A stretch of DNA of 64,000 nucleotides from contig MHOU01000003.1 in the NCBI GenBank assembly GCA_001821935.1, forward strand, positions 11,873 to 75,872, read 5' to 3'. Each line of letters opens with the position of its first letter. Positions within the stretch are counted from its first letter, which is position 1. Both the position numbers and the translations under genes were made by a program. Shown here in pieces: positions 34,981 to 43,895 of the stretch. Origin of the DNA: Candidatus Staskawiczbacteria bacterium RIFCSPHIGHO2_02_FULL_43_16 (GTDB lineage: Bacteria > Patescibacteriota > Minisyncoccia > Minisyncoccales > Staskawiczbacteraceae). The notes under the pieces are model-generated. The model was not told the DNA's origin. It saw nothing but the letters and a program-made list of their open reading frames with translations, and did no database searches.

Positions 34981-35361
34981 ATGGATACAAAACTCATTGA
35001 AGAATTAACACTAAAATTAAACCACCAAAAAGCCAGCCTGGAAAAAGAATTGGCCAGTTTTGCGGTGGAAGATAAAAAGGTGAAGGGCAACTGGGACGCC
35101 AAACGCGTCAACAATGAAGATTCCGATATGGAAGAAAAAGCCGATGAAGTGGAGGAATATGATAATTTGTTAAGCCTGGAACACAGCCTTGAATTAAAAC
35201 TGAAAAACGTGAACGCGGCTCTGGAAAAAATTACCCGTTCAACAAGCTCAGGGCAGGCCGCGGGCAGCTACGGCACATGTGAAAAATGCGGCAAACAAAT
35301 TGAAACAGATAGGCTGCAAGTGGCTCCGGAAGCACAATTATGCATGAACTGCAATAAATAA
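34981..35361 (+). CDS. DksA/TraR-family C4 zinc-finger protein
   Basis: Coiled-coil N-terminus and C-terminal CEKCGKQIETDRLQVAPEAQLCMNC (CxxC-x17-CxxC). Confidence 0.65.
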   Translation: MDTKLIEELTLKLNHQKASLEKELASFAVEDKKVKGNWDAKRVNNEDSDMEEKADEVEEYDNLLSLEHSLELKLKNVNAALEKITRSTSSGQAAGSYGTCEKCGKQIETDRLQVAPEAQLCMNCNK

Positions 35362-36882
35362 ATGCCAAGCAAAGTTTTTTCAGCGGCTATCGCGGGGCTG
35401 GACGCCAAGTTGGTGGAAATTGAAGTGGATGTTTCAAAAGGGTTACGTTCATTTACCATTGTCGGGCTGGCCGACAAAGCCGTGGAAGAATCCAAAGAAC
35501 GCATAGAAGCCGCCATTAAAAGCGCCAAACTGTTGTCACCCCATTCGCGGACTTTCAGGATTTTAGTCAACCTGGCGCCCGCCGATTTAAAAAAAGAAGG
35601 CTCTCTCTACGACCTGCCAATTGCCTTGGCTTTTTTAATGGCTTCGGGGCAGACAAAGCTCAATTCCCAAAAAAAATTATGCCTGGGAGAACTTTCGCTA
35701 GACGGAACACTGCGGCCCATCAAAGGAGCCCTCTCATTTGCCCTGCTGGCTAAAAAACTGGGCTTTACCGAAATCATTTTACCCAAGCACAACGCCCGGG
35801 AAGCGGCGCTCATCAAAGAAGTAAACATCATCGGAGCCGAAACCCTGGGCCAGGCGCTGGCCCACCTTGAAGGTAGGAACGTTATCGCGCCACTGGTTTT
35901 AGACCGGGAAGATTTACAAAAGCATGGTAATGATTCCGTTGATATCAGCTGGATCCAGGGCCAAGAATACGCCAAGCGAGCTTTGGAAATCACTGCCGCC
36001 GGAGCCCATAATTTATTTTTCTTCGGCCCGCCCGGGGGCGGTAAAAGCCTGTTGGCCAAATCATTACCTTCCATTTTACCTTCGCTGACCTTTGAAGAAT
36101 CACTGGAAGTGACTAAAATTTACAGCGTGGCGGGATTATTGCAAGATGGACAAACATTGGTTAGTCACCGGCCGTTTAGAATGCCTCACCACGTTTCCAG
36201 CGATGTGGCGCTGGTGGGCGGTGGCAGCCCACCACGACCAGGGGAAATAACCCTGGCTCACCGGGGCGTGCTGTTTTTAGACGAATTCCCAGAATTTCAC
36301 CGCGACGTTTTGGAATCACTGCGCCAGCCCATTGAAGACGGCAAAATCACCATTTCCCGCGCCAAACATTCCTTTAGTTTCCCCAGCCGCTTCATGCTGG
36401 TAGGAGCCAGCAACCCCTGCCCTTGCGGATATTTAAACAGCCCTGACATTGCCTGCACCTGTTCCAATGCCCAAATTTCCATGTATAAACGCAAGCTTTC
36501 CGGGCCGCTCATGGACCGGATGGATATTTTTATTGAAGTGCCGGCGGTAAAATTTGAAAAATTGATTTCCACCGGCATTGACGGCCGCAGCACCGCCATG
36601 AAAGAAAATATAGAGAAAGCCAGAACCCTGCAAACGGCGCGGTTTGCGGGGTCAAAAGTGCTGGTAAATGCTGAAATGCAAATTCCGGAAATTAAGAAGT
36701 ATTGCGCCTATGATTCCCAATCTGAAAGCTTGTTGAAAAAATATGTGGATTCAGGAAAATTATCAGCCCGGGGATACCATCGGATTTTAAAAGTAGCCCG
36801 AACCATTGCCGACCTGGCAGCCTCGTCCAATATCAAATACGACCACATTGCCGAAGCCTTAATGTATAGGATTAAGAGTTAG
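35362..36882 (+). CDS. comM: YifB/ComM-family Mg-chelatase-like AAA+ ATPase
   Basis: N-terminal Lon-like domain (MPSKVFSAAIAGLDAKLVEIEVDV), Walker A FFFGPPGGGKS, C-terminal ChlI-like region. Confidence 0.85.
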   Translation: MPSKVFSAAIAGLDAKLVEIEVDVSKGLRSFTIVGLADKAVEESKERIEAAIKSAKLLSPHSRTFRILVNLAPADLKKEGSLYDLPIALAFLMASGQTKLNSQKKLCLGELSLDGTLRPIKGALSFALLAKKLGFTEIILPKHNAREAALIKEVNIIGAETLGQALAHLEGRNVIAPLVLDREDLQKHGNDSVDISWIQGQEYAKRALEITAAGAHNLFFFGPPGGGKSLLAKSLPSILPSLTFEESLEVTKIYSVAGLLQDGQTLVSHRPFRMPHHVSSDVALVGGGSPPRPGEITLAHRGVLFLDEFPEFHRDVLESLRQPIEDGKITISRAKHSFSFPSRFMLVGASNPCPCGYLNSPDIACTCSNAQISMYKRKLSGPLMDRMDIFIEVPAVKFEKLISTGIDGRSTAMKENIEKARTLQTARFAGSKVLVNAEMQIPEIKKYCAYDSQSESLLKKYVDSGKLSARGYHRILKVARTIADLAASSNIKYDHIAEALMYRIKS

Positions 36883-36887
36883 CGCGC

Positions 36888-36926
36888 AACAAAAAAGTGG
36901 ACGCCCGACGTCCACTTTTTTGTTGC
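36888..36926. terminator. Bidirectional rho-independent terminator
   Basis: caacaaaaaaGTGGACGcccgaCGTCCACttttttgttg. Confidence 0.75.
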
Positions 36927-36935
36927 TAAGAAATT

Positions 36936-38021
36936 TTACTTAAAGGTGACAGGAGTATGCAACAATAGAGATGTTAGAAAGTTTTTTGCCCCCCTTACTT
37001 CAAAGTGAAGATGGCATCCCGTTGCGGCCGTTCCTGTTTTTCCCATCAACCCAATTCTTTGGCCCACGCTCACCGGGTCCCCAGACTTTACTTCCAGAGT
37101 CTGTAAATGACCAGAATAAGTAGAAACGTTGCTAGAATGAGCAATTATAACAAAATTTCCATACAGCCTATTAAATTGCGCTCCCTTTACCACTCCGGCG
37201 GCTGCGGCATACACTGGGGTTCCGCACTTGTTGGCAATATCCACTCCTCTGCCACCAACGCCATGAGCCCGTTGGCTAATTTCCCCATTGGTAGGATTAA
37301 TAAAGAAGGTATTTGGTAATATATTCTGAATACCAATAGACGCAGCAATTGATGTTTTTGGAGCTACCGTACCGCCTGGAACTATAGCAATATCTCCGAC
37401 AAAAATATTTCCATCAGAAAAACCATTAATTTCAATAATGTCTTCTGCTTTGGCTTTATAGGTTTTGGCAATACTTTCAACCGTATCTCCAGATTTTACA
37501 ACGTGTAGTGCACCATCTACCGGTAGGATGGCCAGTGATTGGCCAGTTTTTAAGACGGTGTTTTTGGTAATATCATTGGCTAACAATAAGGTGGTTAGTG
37601 AAATATTAAAATCGCTCGCAATGCTGGCGGAGCTATCGCCCGGCTTTACCTCATAATCAATAATCTCATTGCGGTTTTGATCTTGATTGGCGCCCCCCAT
37701 AATAGCCCCCAGTGTTTGAGGGCTAACTATGCTGGGAGTGGCAACGCCGTACACAAAACTATCGGCTATCTTTAACTCAGGGGTTTCCATGGCAACGGCG
37801 CCTTGCTGGGTAAAATATAAATCGCCGTTATCGGGCGTGTTTTCAGGAGAAATATCGGCCAGCACCATCAGCTTATTGCTATCCAACTGGGCCAATGTGC
37901 CGGAACCAAAAAACAGCATGCCCAGCAATATCATTGATATGCTGCCAAAATATAAAAAAGGATTTTTGTGAAAATCCCCAGAGTTTTTCTTTATGTGTTT
38001 TTTACCGGAAAATATAGACAA
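36936..38021 (-). CDS. LysM-domain M23-family peptidoglycan endopeptidase
   Basis: LysM (HVVKSGDTVESIAKTYKAKAEDIIEINGF) and C-terminal M23 motifs (…GVDIANKCGTPVYAAAAGVV…GHLQTLEVKSGDPVSVGQRIGLMGKTGTAATGCHLHFEV). Confidence 0.8.
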   Translation of the reverse strand: MSIFSGKKHIKKNSGDFHKNPFLYFGSISMILLGMLFFGSGTLAQLDSNKLMVLADISPENTPDNGDLYFTQQGAVAMETPELKIADSFVYGVATPSIVSPQTLGAIMGGANQDQNRNEIIDYEVKPGDSSASIASDFNISLTTLLLANDITKNTVLKTGQSLAILPVDGALHVVKSGDTVESIAKTYKAKAEDIIEINGFSDGNIFVGDIAIVPGGTVAPKTSIAASIGIQNILPNTFFINPTNGEISQRAHGVGGRGVDIANKCGTPVYAAAAGVVKGAQFNRLYGNFVIIAHSSNVSTYSGHLQTLEVKSGDPVSVGQRIGLMGKTGTAATGCHLHFEVRGAKNFLTSLLLHTPVTFK

Positions 38022-38119
38022 TTCGTCAAGAAACCTTATCTGTTACAAAATGTTAATATTACATTAAAAATATCATTTCCAAGCACCTCGGTCAATAGGT
38101 ACTACAACCCTTTTTATTT

Positions 38120-38989
38120 TTGTCAAATCTGCTATACTCAACCCAAATGAATCTTCTTCCCCCATCACAAATCAAAGAATTATTGGCAAGCCATGGCGCC
38201 GTGCCCTCAAAACGGCTGGGGCAGAATTTTTTAATAGACAAAAATGCGCTGGCCAAGGTTGTGGAAGCGGCAAATTTACAACCAACTGACGTTATTTTAG
38301 AAATTGGCCCCGGTATCGGCACCCTAACCCAAGCCCTGGCTCAAAAAGTGAGAAAGGTGATTGCCATAGAGAAAGATGCCGGCATGGTGGATATATTGGG
38401 GAAAACCCTGAAAGACTTTAAGAATATTGAAATTGTCCAAGGCGATGCCTTAAAACTAGACCCTAGCCCCTATACCCTAGCCCCTTACAAGGTTATCGCC
38501 AACATTCCCTATTATATTACATCTCCATTGATTAGAAAATTTTTGGAAACACCAAGGCAACCGGAACACATGGTGCTCATGCTGCAAAAAGAAGTGGCTC
38601 AACGCATCGTGGCTCGCCCGCCAGACATGAGTATTTTAGCAGTTTCAGTGCAATTTTATGCGGAGGCTAAAATAGTTTCTTACGTTTCAAAAGGCTGTTT
38701 TTGGCCGGTGCCGAATGTGGATTCTGCCATCATTGCCATAAGATCGCGGAATGACGCAAAACCAAGCGGAAAAATTAACACTGATTTATTCTTTAGAATT
38801 GTAAGGGCCGGCTTTTCCCAACCAAGAAAGCAACTAGGTGGGAATTTGGTAAAAGAATTAAAGGGGAATAAAAAGGGGATAACCGAATGGCTTTTAGCCA
38901 ATAATATTCAACCCACCCAGCGGGCAGAGACCTTGAGCCTCAAAGACTGGCAAAACCTAACCAAAAATTCACCCTTAGGTGAAAATTGA
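38120..38989 (+). CDS. rsmA: 16S rRNA (adenine1518/1519-N6)-dimethyltransferase
   Basis: LGQNFLIDKNALAKVV… and SAM-binding EIGPGIGTLTQAL. Length as for KsgA. Confidence 0.85.
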   Translation: MSNLLYSTQMNLLPPSQIKELLASHGAVPSKRLGQNFLIDKNALAKVVEAANLQPTDVILEIGPGIGTLTQALAQKVRKVIAIEKDAGMVDILGKTLKDFKNIEIVQGDALKLDPSPYTLAPYKVIANIPYYITSPLIRKFLETPRQPEHMVLMLQKEVAQRIVARPPDMSILAVSVQFYAEAKIVSYVSKGCFWPVPNVDSAIIAIRSRNDAKPSGKINTDLFFRIVRAGFSQPRKQLGGNLVKELKGNKKGITEWLLANNIQPTQRAETLSLKDWQNLTKNSPLGEN

Positions 38990-39419
38990 ATATTTTTGGC
39001 TAACGTGCTATTATTTCATCATGGATACTCTTCCGTTAATACAGTATTGGGAGAAATCTTCAAAAAACGATTTTGCGGTAGCGCAGTATCTTTTCAAGTC
39101 TAAAAAATATTCCTACGCCTTGTTTTTCTGCCACCTCTCATTAGAAAAATTGTTAAAAAGTTTTATCGTCAAGCACAGTAAAAAGTCAGCGCCACTAGAG
39201 CATAATTTAGTGCGACTTGCCAATAAAGCTGGCTTCACCTTAAGCGGAGAACAAAAAGACTTATTATCAGAAATCACCACGTTCAATATCAAGGCCCGAT
39301 ATGACGATTACAAAACTAATTTTTATAAAAAAGCTACTCGGGTATATGCTCAAAGCTACATTACTGAAACAAAAAATCTCATAACATGGTTAAAAAAAAA
39401 TTACCCGCACATATCTTAA
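38979..39419 (+). CDS. HEPN-domain protein (probable start at MDTLPL, ~39000)
   Basis: …YALFFCHLSLEKLLKSFIV… matches the HEPN helix pattern. Paired with the downstream nucleotidyltransferase. Confidence 0.55.
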   Translation: MKIEYFWLTCYYFIMDTLPLIQYWEKSSKNDFAVAQYLFKSKKYSYALFFCHLSLEKLLKSFIVKHSKKSAPLEHNLVRLANKAGFTLSGEQKDLLSEITTFNIKARYDDYKTNFYKKATRVYAQSYITETKNLITWLKKNYPHIS

Positions 39420-39712
39420 AAACCGTGAATGAATTCAAAAAAACCTTGCAGGCGTCGGGAATGACGGTTGATTTTTTGATTGTGTTTGGATCCTACGCTA
39501 AAGGATTGGCCCGGGCCGATAGCGACATTGACGTGGGCGTTGTTTCAAAAATGTTCGGCAAAGACGATGTTGTGGAAATGCAGGAGCTTTTCAAAAAAGC
39601 TTCGCGGGTCAATACTTTTATAGAACCCTATCCCCTCAATCCCAAAGACCTAAAAGACACCTATAATCCTATTATCCAGGAGATTCTCAATACGGGTGTG
39701 GCGGTTTATTAG
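39386..39712 (+). CDS. Minimal nucleotidyltransferase (MNT; polymerase-beta-fold)
   Basis: LIVFGSYAKGLARADSDIDVGVV (GS…DxD). Overlaps the HEPN gene by ~30 nt. Confidence 0.7.
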   Translation: MVKKKLPAHILKTVNEFKKTLQASGMTVDFLIVFGSYAKGLARADSDIDVGVVSKMFGKDDVVEMQELFKKASRVNTFIEPYPLNPKDLKDTYNPIIQEILNTGVAVY

Positions 39713-39723
39713 ACTCTACTCTT

Positions 39724-39756
39724 GGGCCGAACTTGCGCGGCGGTTTTGCCGCGGCA
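39724..39756. terminator. Perfect GC-rich palindrome / terminator after the MNT gene
   Basis: GCGCGGCGGTTTTGCCGC|GGCAAAACCGCCGCC. Confidence 0.5.
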
Positions 39757-39901
39757 AAACCGCCGCCACTCCATTTTCCGCAAAAAATTAATCAATAATT
39801 TAACTAAAAAAATTACAATGGGGGAAGCTGCGCTACTACTTGGTTCTTTAACAATCCAGACCTCCCCCAACCCCTAGACACACTACACCAAAATCGGCCT
39901 C

Positions 39902-39929
39902 TTGACACCAGGCCTTGATGTGATAAAAT
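39902..39929 (+). promoter_or_regulatory. Sigma70-type promoter (TTGACA-16-TGaTAAAAT, extended -10)
   Basis: cTTGACAccaggccttgatgTGaTAAAATg at the head of the VirB-like cluster. Confidence 0.45.
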
Positions 39930-39961
39930 GAAGGCAGTACAAAAAGGGGCTTTGTCGCCCT

Positions 39962-40138
39962 GAGACGAGAATTACGAAACCCCTCGGCGGTATTTTCCCA
40001 AAATTTAGAGATAGAAGTTTGATAGAATTTTTAGGCTTAGCCAAAGGCTCCGCCTAAAAATTATAGCGAACTTATAGCCTAAATTTTGGGAAAAGACCCC
40101 GAAACTCTTTTAAAATGGGGTTTCGTAATTCTCGTCTC
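39962..40138 (+). other. Structured ~180-nt leader with nested inverted repeats (22-bp outer arms); candidate riboregulator or MITE-like insertion
   Basis: Outer arms GAGACGAGAATTACGAAACCCC (39962-39983) and GGGGTTTCGTAATTCTCGTCTC (40117-40138). Inner pairs CCCAAAATTT/AAATTTTGGG and TTTTTAGGC/GCCTAAAAA. Confidence 0.4.
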
Positions 40139-40184
40139 CCGAAATCACAGTTCTTTCACCTCCTCATTCGAAAGGGGAATTTCC

Positions 40185-40490
40185 ATGGCCATCGGCACCG
40201 CCTCTGTGCCCCAAAAAACTGGGCAAACCGATCAACTTGTCGACCTGTTCGCCAAAGCCGTGCTTTTCGCGAAAAAGCACTGGATTGCCTTCGCCTTTCT
40301 GGCGATTGCGCTCTTGTTCGTAGGCATTCCCGTCGCGGGAACAGCCACCTACTTCGGCGTCAAGGCTTTCGCGGACACGAAAGCTACCAGCCCAGAAGGA
40401 AGGGAAAAAACCCAGCAGATTGAACAAGAAGTCATGGATGGCTACAACAAAAATGGAGACAACTTGGCAAACTCGTTTAGGGTTCCATAG
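40185..40490 (+). CDS. Small single-pass membrane protein (start at MAIGTASVP; the ORF track's longer start would translate the structured leader)
   Basis: AGGGG-type RBS 8 nt upstream of ATG at 40185. TM helix WIAFAFLAIALLFVGIPVAG. First gene of the cluster. Confidence 0.4.
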   Translation: MAIGTASVPQKTGQTDQLVDLFAKAVLFAKKHWIAFAFLAIALLFVGIPVAGTATYFGVKAFADTKATSPEGREKTQQIEQEVMDGYNKNGDNLANSFRVP

Positions 40491-40503
40491 TGGAACTGCT
40501 CAA

Positions 40504-40536
40504 TAAAGACTTTGACGCCCAATCAAAGTCTTTTTT
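40504..40536 (+). terminator. Rho-independent terminator or attenuator
   Basis: AAAGACTTTgacgcccaatcAAAGTCTTTTTTC. Confidence 0.55.
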
Positions 40537-40595
40537 CATACTTAAAAATAAAAATTTCTTGCTAAAGGCTATTGCTGTGGATTACCTGTTAATTA

Positions 40596-40620
40596 TTGAC
40601 ATTCAAATTCATGATATAAT
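40596..40620 (+). promoter_or_regulatory. Extended -10 promoter (TTGACA-13-TGaTATAAT)
   Basis: aTTGACAttcaaattcaTGaTATAATg, just upstream of ATG 40619. Confidence 0.35.
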
Positions 40621-42892
40621 GAAAAAATGTTTTATGTATAAATTCCCTTCATTTATCTATCAAAATAAAAAAGCACCCCTGTTTGCTGTTTTATTATTTT
40701 TTACTCTTATAGGTCTTGTGATGCCCAACATTTCAAATGCTGCCCCTGAAGATTGCGGCGTTTTAAATGCTGTTAGTTGCAATATAGGTTATGCAGTAAA
40801 AGGACTCATTTCGCTACTTGGATATCTAGTCTTAATTGCCCAAGTGATCGTAAATCAAACACTTAAATGGATTATTGGGTTTACAATAGATCGCATTAGC
40901 TATACTAGCCTTGACCCAGTTGAAAATTCAGCAGTTGCTTTGGGGTGGCCCATCGTAAGAGATTTTGCCAATATCCTTGTGGTGCTTGGCTTTATTGCAA
41001 TAGCGCTAGCCACCATATTGCGCTTTAAAGAATATGAAGCAAAAGCCCTGTTGGCAAAACTCATAATAGCTGCTCTCTTAATCAATTTCTCTTTGATAAT
41101 ATGCGGAGTTGCAATTGACGCATCACATATAGTTATGAAAAATTTCCTAGATGTGAATCAAACATTTATGGGAGAGTTCCAGTCCTCCGCTGACGCCTTA
41201 AGTAGGGGTGTAAATAATAATGGTAGCGTCGAATCTGGCGGCGTAAGTGTAATGAGTTTTGCCTTAGTAGTTTTGTCTATGGCGGTTGTAGGAATACTAA
41301 AAACAGCCGCTTATGGCTTGTTTGCTATTTTATTTCTCTTCCGAATGATGGCACTTTGGATATTGGTCATTTTATCACCCCTGGCTTTTGTATGCTATGT
41401 TTTTCCTGCAACAAAGAAAGTATGGGATATGTGGTGGAGTAATTTTTCGCAGTGGGTCTTTATTGGTATTCCTGGAGCTTTTTTCCTTAATCTTTCTGGT
41501 CAATTAGTGGTAGCACAACTCAATAGGCCCGCTCCCTTAAATTTCACGGGGAATGGCCTTGCTGGACTTGGCAATAGCGTTGCAAATCTTTTAGGGTTTT
41601 TAGTGCCGGGAGTATTTTTAATCATTGGTTTTATTTTCTCGCTACAAATTTCGGCTATGGGTGGAACAATGGCAATTTCAACAGCCAAAAAGGTTGGTGG
41701 ATGGACCGGTAAATTTGCAACAGATAAAACACAACTAACAAGATTAAAAAATTCAGTAGTAGATAGAGCAACCTCTTTTGGCGAGAGAATAGGCGCCATA
41801 GATCAAGGAACCACCAAAGCAAGACAGGGGAATAGGCTAGAAGAGGCGAAGAAGCGACTAGCTTATGCAAAAGATGATCATGAAAAGCTTGCAGAAATTG
41901 CAGCAACGCCAATAGGAAGAATGACTTCTGAGAAAGTGCGAGAGGAAAAAGCGGCGGCGGCGGCCATGCTGGCCAAAGAGAATAAATTCAATATGATTGA
42001 TGTCAGCGAGAGAGAATCTGTTGCATCCCATGCCGTTGCTTATGGGGCCAGCAAAGATGCTATTACAAAAAATAATCCCGAACTCTTAACGGGAGCAAAA
42101 GATAAAAATCCAATATCACAGGGAATACTAAGAAAGGTGCCGGGGCTTAAAGGTGTTATGGGAAAGAAAAGATCGGCCGCAGAACAAACTGCAGAGCAGT
42201 CGCTCGTATTAGAAGAAAGAGCAACGCTGGAGGCAGCGGGAACCAGCCCGGAAGAAGCAAAAAGATTGGCAGAACACCGCACGTTCTCTGATCTTGAAGT
42301 TAAAGTAGCTCAACAGAAAATACACGAAAACACTGTCAGGCAGAGGGCTTTAGGATATTCTCCAACATCCGAAAAAGAAGTACGTAACAAAGCTATTGAT
42401 GATAGGCTGGAGAACGAAAAAGATGGCATGAAAAATGTAGTAAGACTTCAAAATGTTGGTGCCACAGATAAGCAGGTGGAAATTTTGCTAGAGGAAGAAA
42501 TAGCAAGAAAGAAGAAAGAATACCAGCAAACATACATCCCATCTGCTTCAGCCACTATACAAGCCAAGGAACATGCTATCAAAGAAAAGGTAGCGAAAAC
42601 AGTAGGGAAATTATCCCCCTCCAAAGCTGCAGAGCTTCCTAAAGAGGCAATATCAGCCCAGGTGCTCTCAGTTCTAAGCGACAGCCAGATAGAACAAATT
42701 GGAAAGCGAGGTGGACCAAACCTAGTTAGCGAGATTAAAAAATATGTACGAGATACAAGCAAGTCACTCGCAGACCAGTCTCAAGAGTTTAAAGATATTC
42801 GAGCTCTGCTTTTAACATTGCCCGCCGGCTCACCAGAACGCATGCGTATTGGTGAAATCATGAGAAAAATACGACGACCTGACTTTAAGTAA
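40619..42892 (+). CDS. Large polytopic membrane protein with a long C-terminal coiled-coil; VirB6/TrbL-like candidate (start at MKKCFMYKF)
   Basis: Signal-peptide-like N-terminus, then at least six TM helices spread over ~400 aa (for example ILVVLGFIAIALATIL, LIIAALLINFSLIICGVAI, ALWILVILSPLAFVCYVF, VPGVFLIIGFIFSL). Hydrophilic K/E-rich tail. Similarity to VirB6/TrbL is by topology only. Confidence 0.45.
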   Translation: MKKCFMYKFPSFIYQNKKAPLFAVLLFFTLIGLVMPNISNAAPEDCGVLNAVSCNIGYAVKGLISLLGYLVLIAQVIVNQTLKWIIGFTIDRISYTSLDPVENSAVALGWPIVRDFANILVVLGFIAIALATILRFKEYEAKALLAKLIIAALLINFSLIICGVAIDASHIVMKNFLDVNQTFMGEFQSSADALSRGVNNNGSVESGGVSVMSFALVVLSMAVVGILKTAAYGLFAILFLFRMMALWILVILSPLAFVCYVFPATKKVWDMWWSNFSQWVFIGIPGAFFLNLSGQLVVAQLNRPAPLNFTGNGLAGLGNSVANLLGFLVPGVFLIIGFIFSLQISAMGGTMAISTAKKVGGWTGKFATDKTQLTRLKNSVVDRATSFGERIGAIDQGTTKARQGNRLEEAKKRLAYAKDDHEKLAEIAATPIGRMTSEKVREEKAAAAAMLAKENKFNMIDVSERESVASHAVAYGASKDAITKNNPELLTGAKDKNPISQGILRKVPGLKGVMGKKRSAAEQTAEQSLVLEERATLEAAGTSPEEAKRLAEHRTFSDLEVKVAQQKIHENTVRQRALGYSPTSEKEVRNKAIDDRLENEKDGMKNVVRLQNVGATDKQVEILLEEEIARKKKEYQQTYIPSASATIQAKEHAIKEKVAKTVGKLSPSKAAELPKEAISAQVLSVLSDSQIEQIGKRGGPNLVSEIKKYVRDTSKSLADQSQEFKDIRALLLTLPAGSPERMRIGEIMRKIRRPDFK

Positions 42893-42910
42893 AAATAGAA
42901 TAATTTAATC

Positions 42911-43849
42911 ATGCAAGAAAATAACGAACAAAAAATAGTATTTCCAGATAATACTTCGGGGATAATTTCAGATATCCTAAGAAAACACGGCATCAAAGAT
43001 ACCGATCAAGAAATTGAGGATAAACTATTTGGAGAAAATAATGAGCCCTTGAAAGAAGAGGCTATATTAAATTCGGCGATAGAGGTTATTAACGGAAAAA
43101 CACAAAAGGAGAACTTGGCTACTTTATTACAAAAAGAATTAAAGGTGCCATTGCCAACAGCAGAGGATATAGCGAAAGTTATAGAAGAAAAAATCATTAA
43201 CCTGTCTAAAAGAGTTTCTGCGGAAGAATGGGCAAAGGGGAGATTAAAAGATACTATATATAAAGAAGAATCAGACGAATCGTTAAATGCAAAGATAATT
43301 TTTGAATTGCCAGAAACTACCATAATAGAGAAAATTATCAATGAAATACTAAAAGATAATAATTTAGAAGAAAGCAGTGATGAAGCTTCAAGAAAATCAA
43401 CGCAAGGTGGTGAATCAAGGGCAATTATATTGAAAGATACTATCTCGGTTGTTTTACAGAAAAAAATACCTGATGAAAAATTAGTTGAATTTTTAGTAAA
43501 ACATCTTGAAATCTCTGAAGAGGTTGCTATGAAAATAATACGGGCCATACACGAAAAAATCATTACTTTTGCAAAAATAACGAATGCAAATGAAGAAAAT
43601 TCTGTTTACGATAAAGAAAAATATAAGGAAGCGTTATTAAATAAAATACGTGGAAATAAAAGCACTGCTGGTGCAAATAAAGAAGCGTCTGCTATGCCCT
43701 ACAAAAAAAATCCTAGCATTACTGATGTAGAAGATAATGCTGAAGCCATGCAAAAAGAAAATAAGTTGATCATTCCAAATAGTGAAAAACTAGCACCTCA
43801 GCAGAAACAGGAGAAACAACCAGACCCATACAAAGAAGCTATTGAATAG
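42911..43849 (+). CDS. Hypothetical acidic coiled-coil protein
   Basis: 312 aa, E/K/I-rich. No family recognised. Confidence 0.5.
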   Translation: MQENNEQKIVFPDNTSGIISDILRKHGIKDTDQEIEDKLFGENNEPLKEEAILNSAIEVINGKTQKENLATLLQKELKVPLPTAEDIAKVIEEKIINLSKRVSAEEWAKGRLKDTIYKEESDESLNAKIIFELPETTIIEKIINEILKDNNLEESSDEASRKSTQGGESRAIILKDTISVVLQKKIPDEKLVEFLVKHLEISEEVAMKIIRAIHEKIITFAKITNANEENSVYDKEKYKEALLNKIRGNKSTAGANKEASAMPYKKNPSITDVEDNAEAMQKENKLIIPNSEKLAPQQKQEKQPDPYKEAIE

Positions 43850-43864
43850 CATTTATAAATAAAG

Positions 43865-43893
43865 AAAGGTTGGACTTATGTCCAACCTTTTTG
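43865..43893. terminator. Bidirectional rho-independent terminator
   Basis: aaAGGTTGGACttatGTCCAACCTttttg. Confidence 0.75.
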
Positions 43894-43895
43894 CG

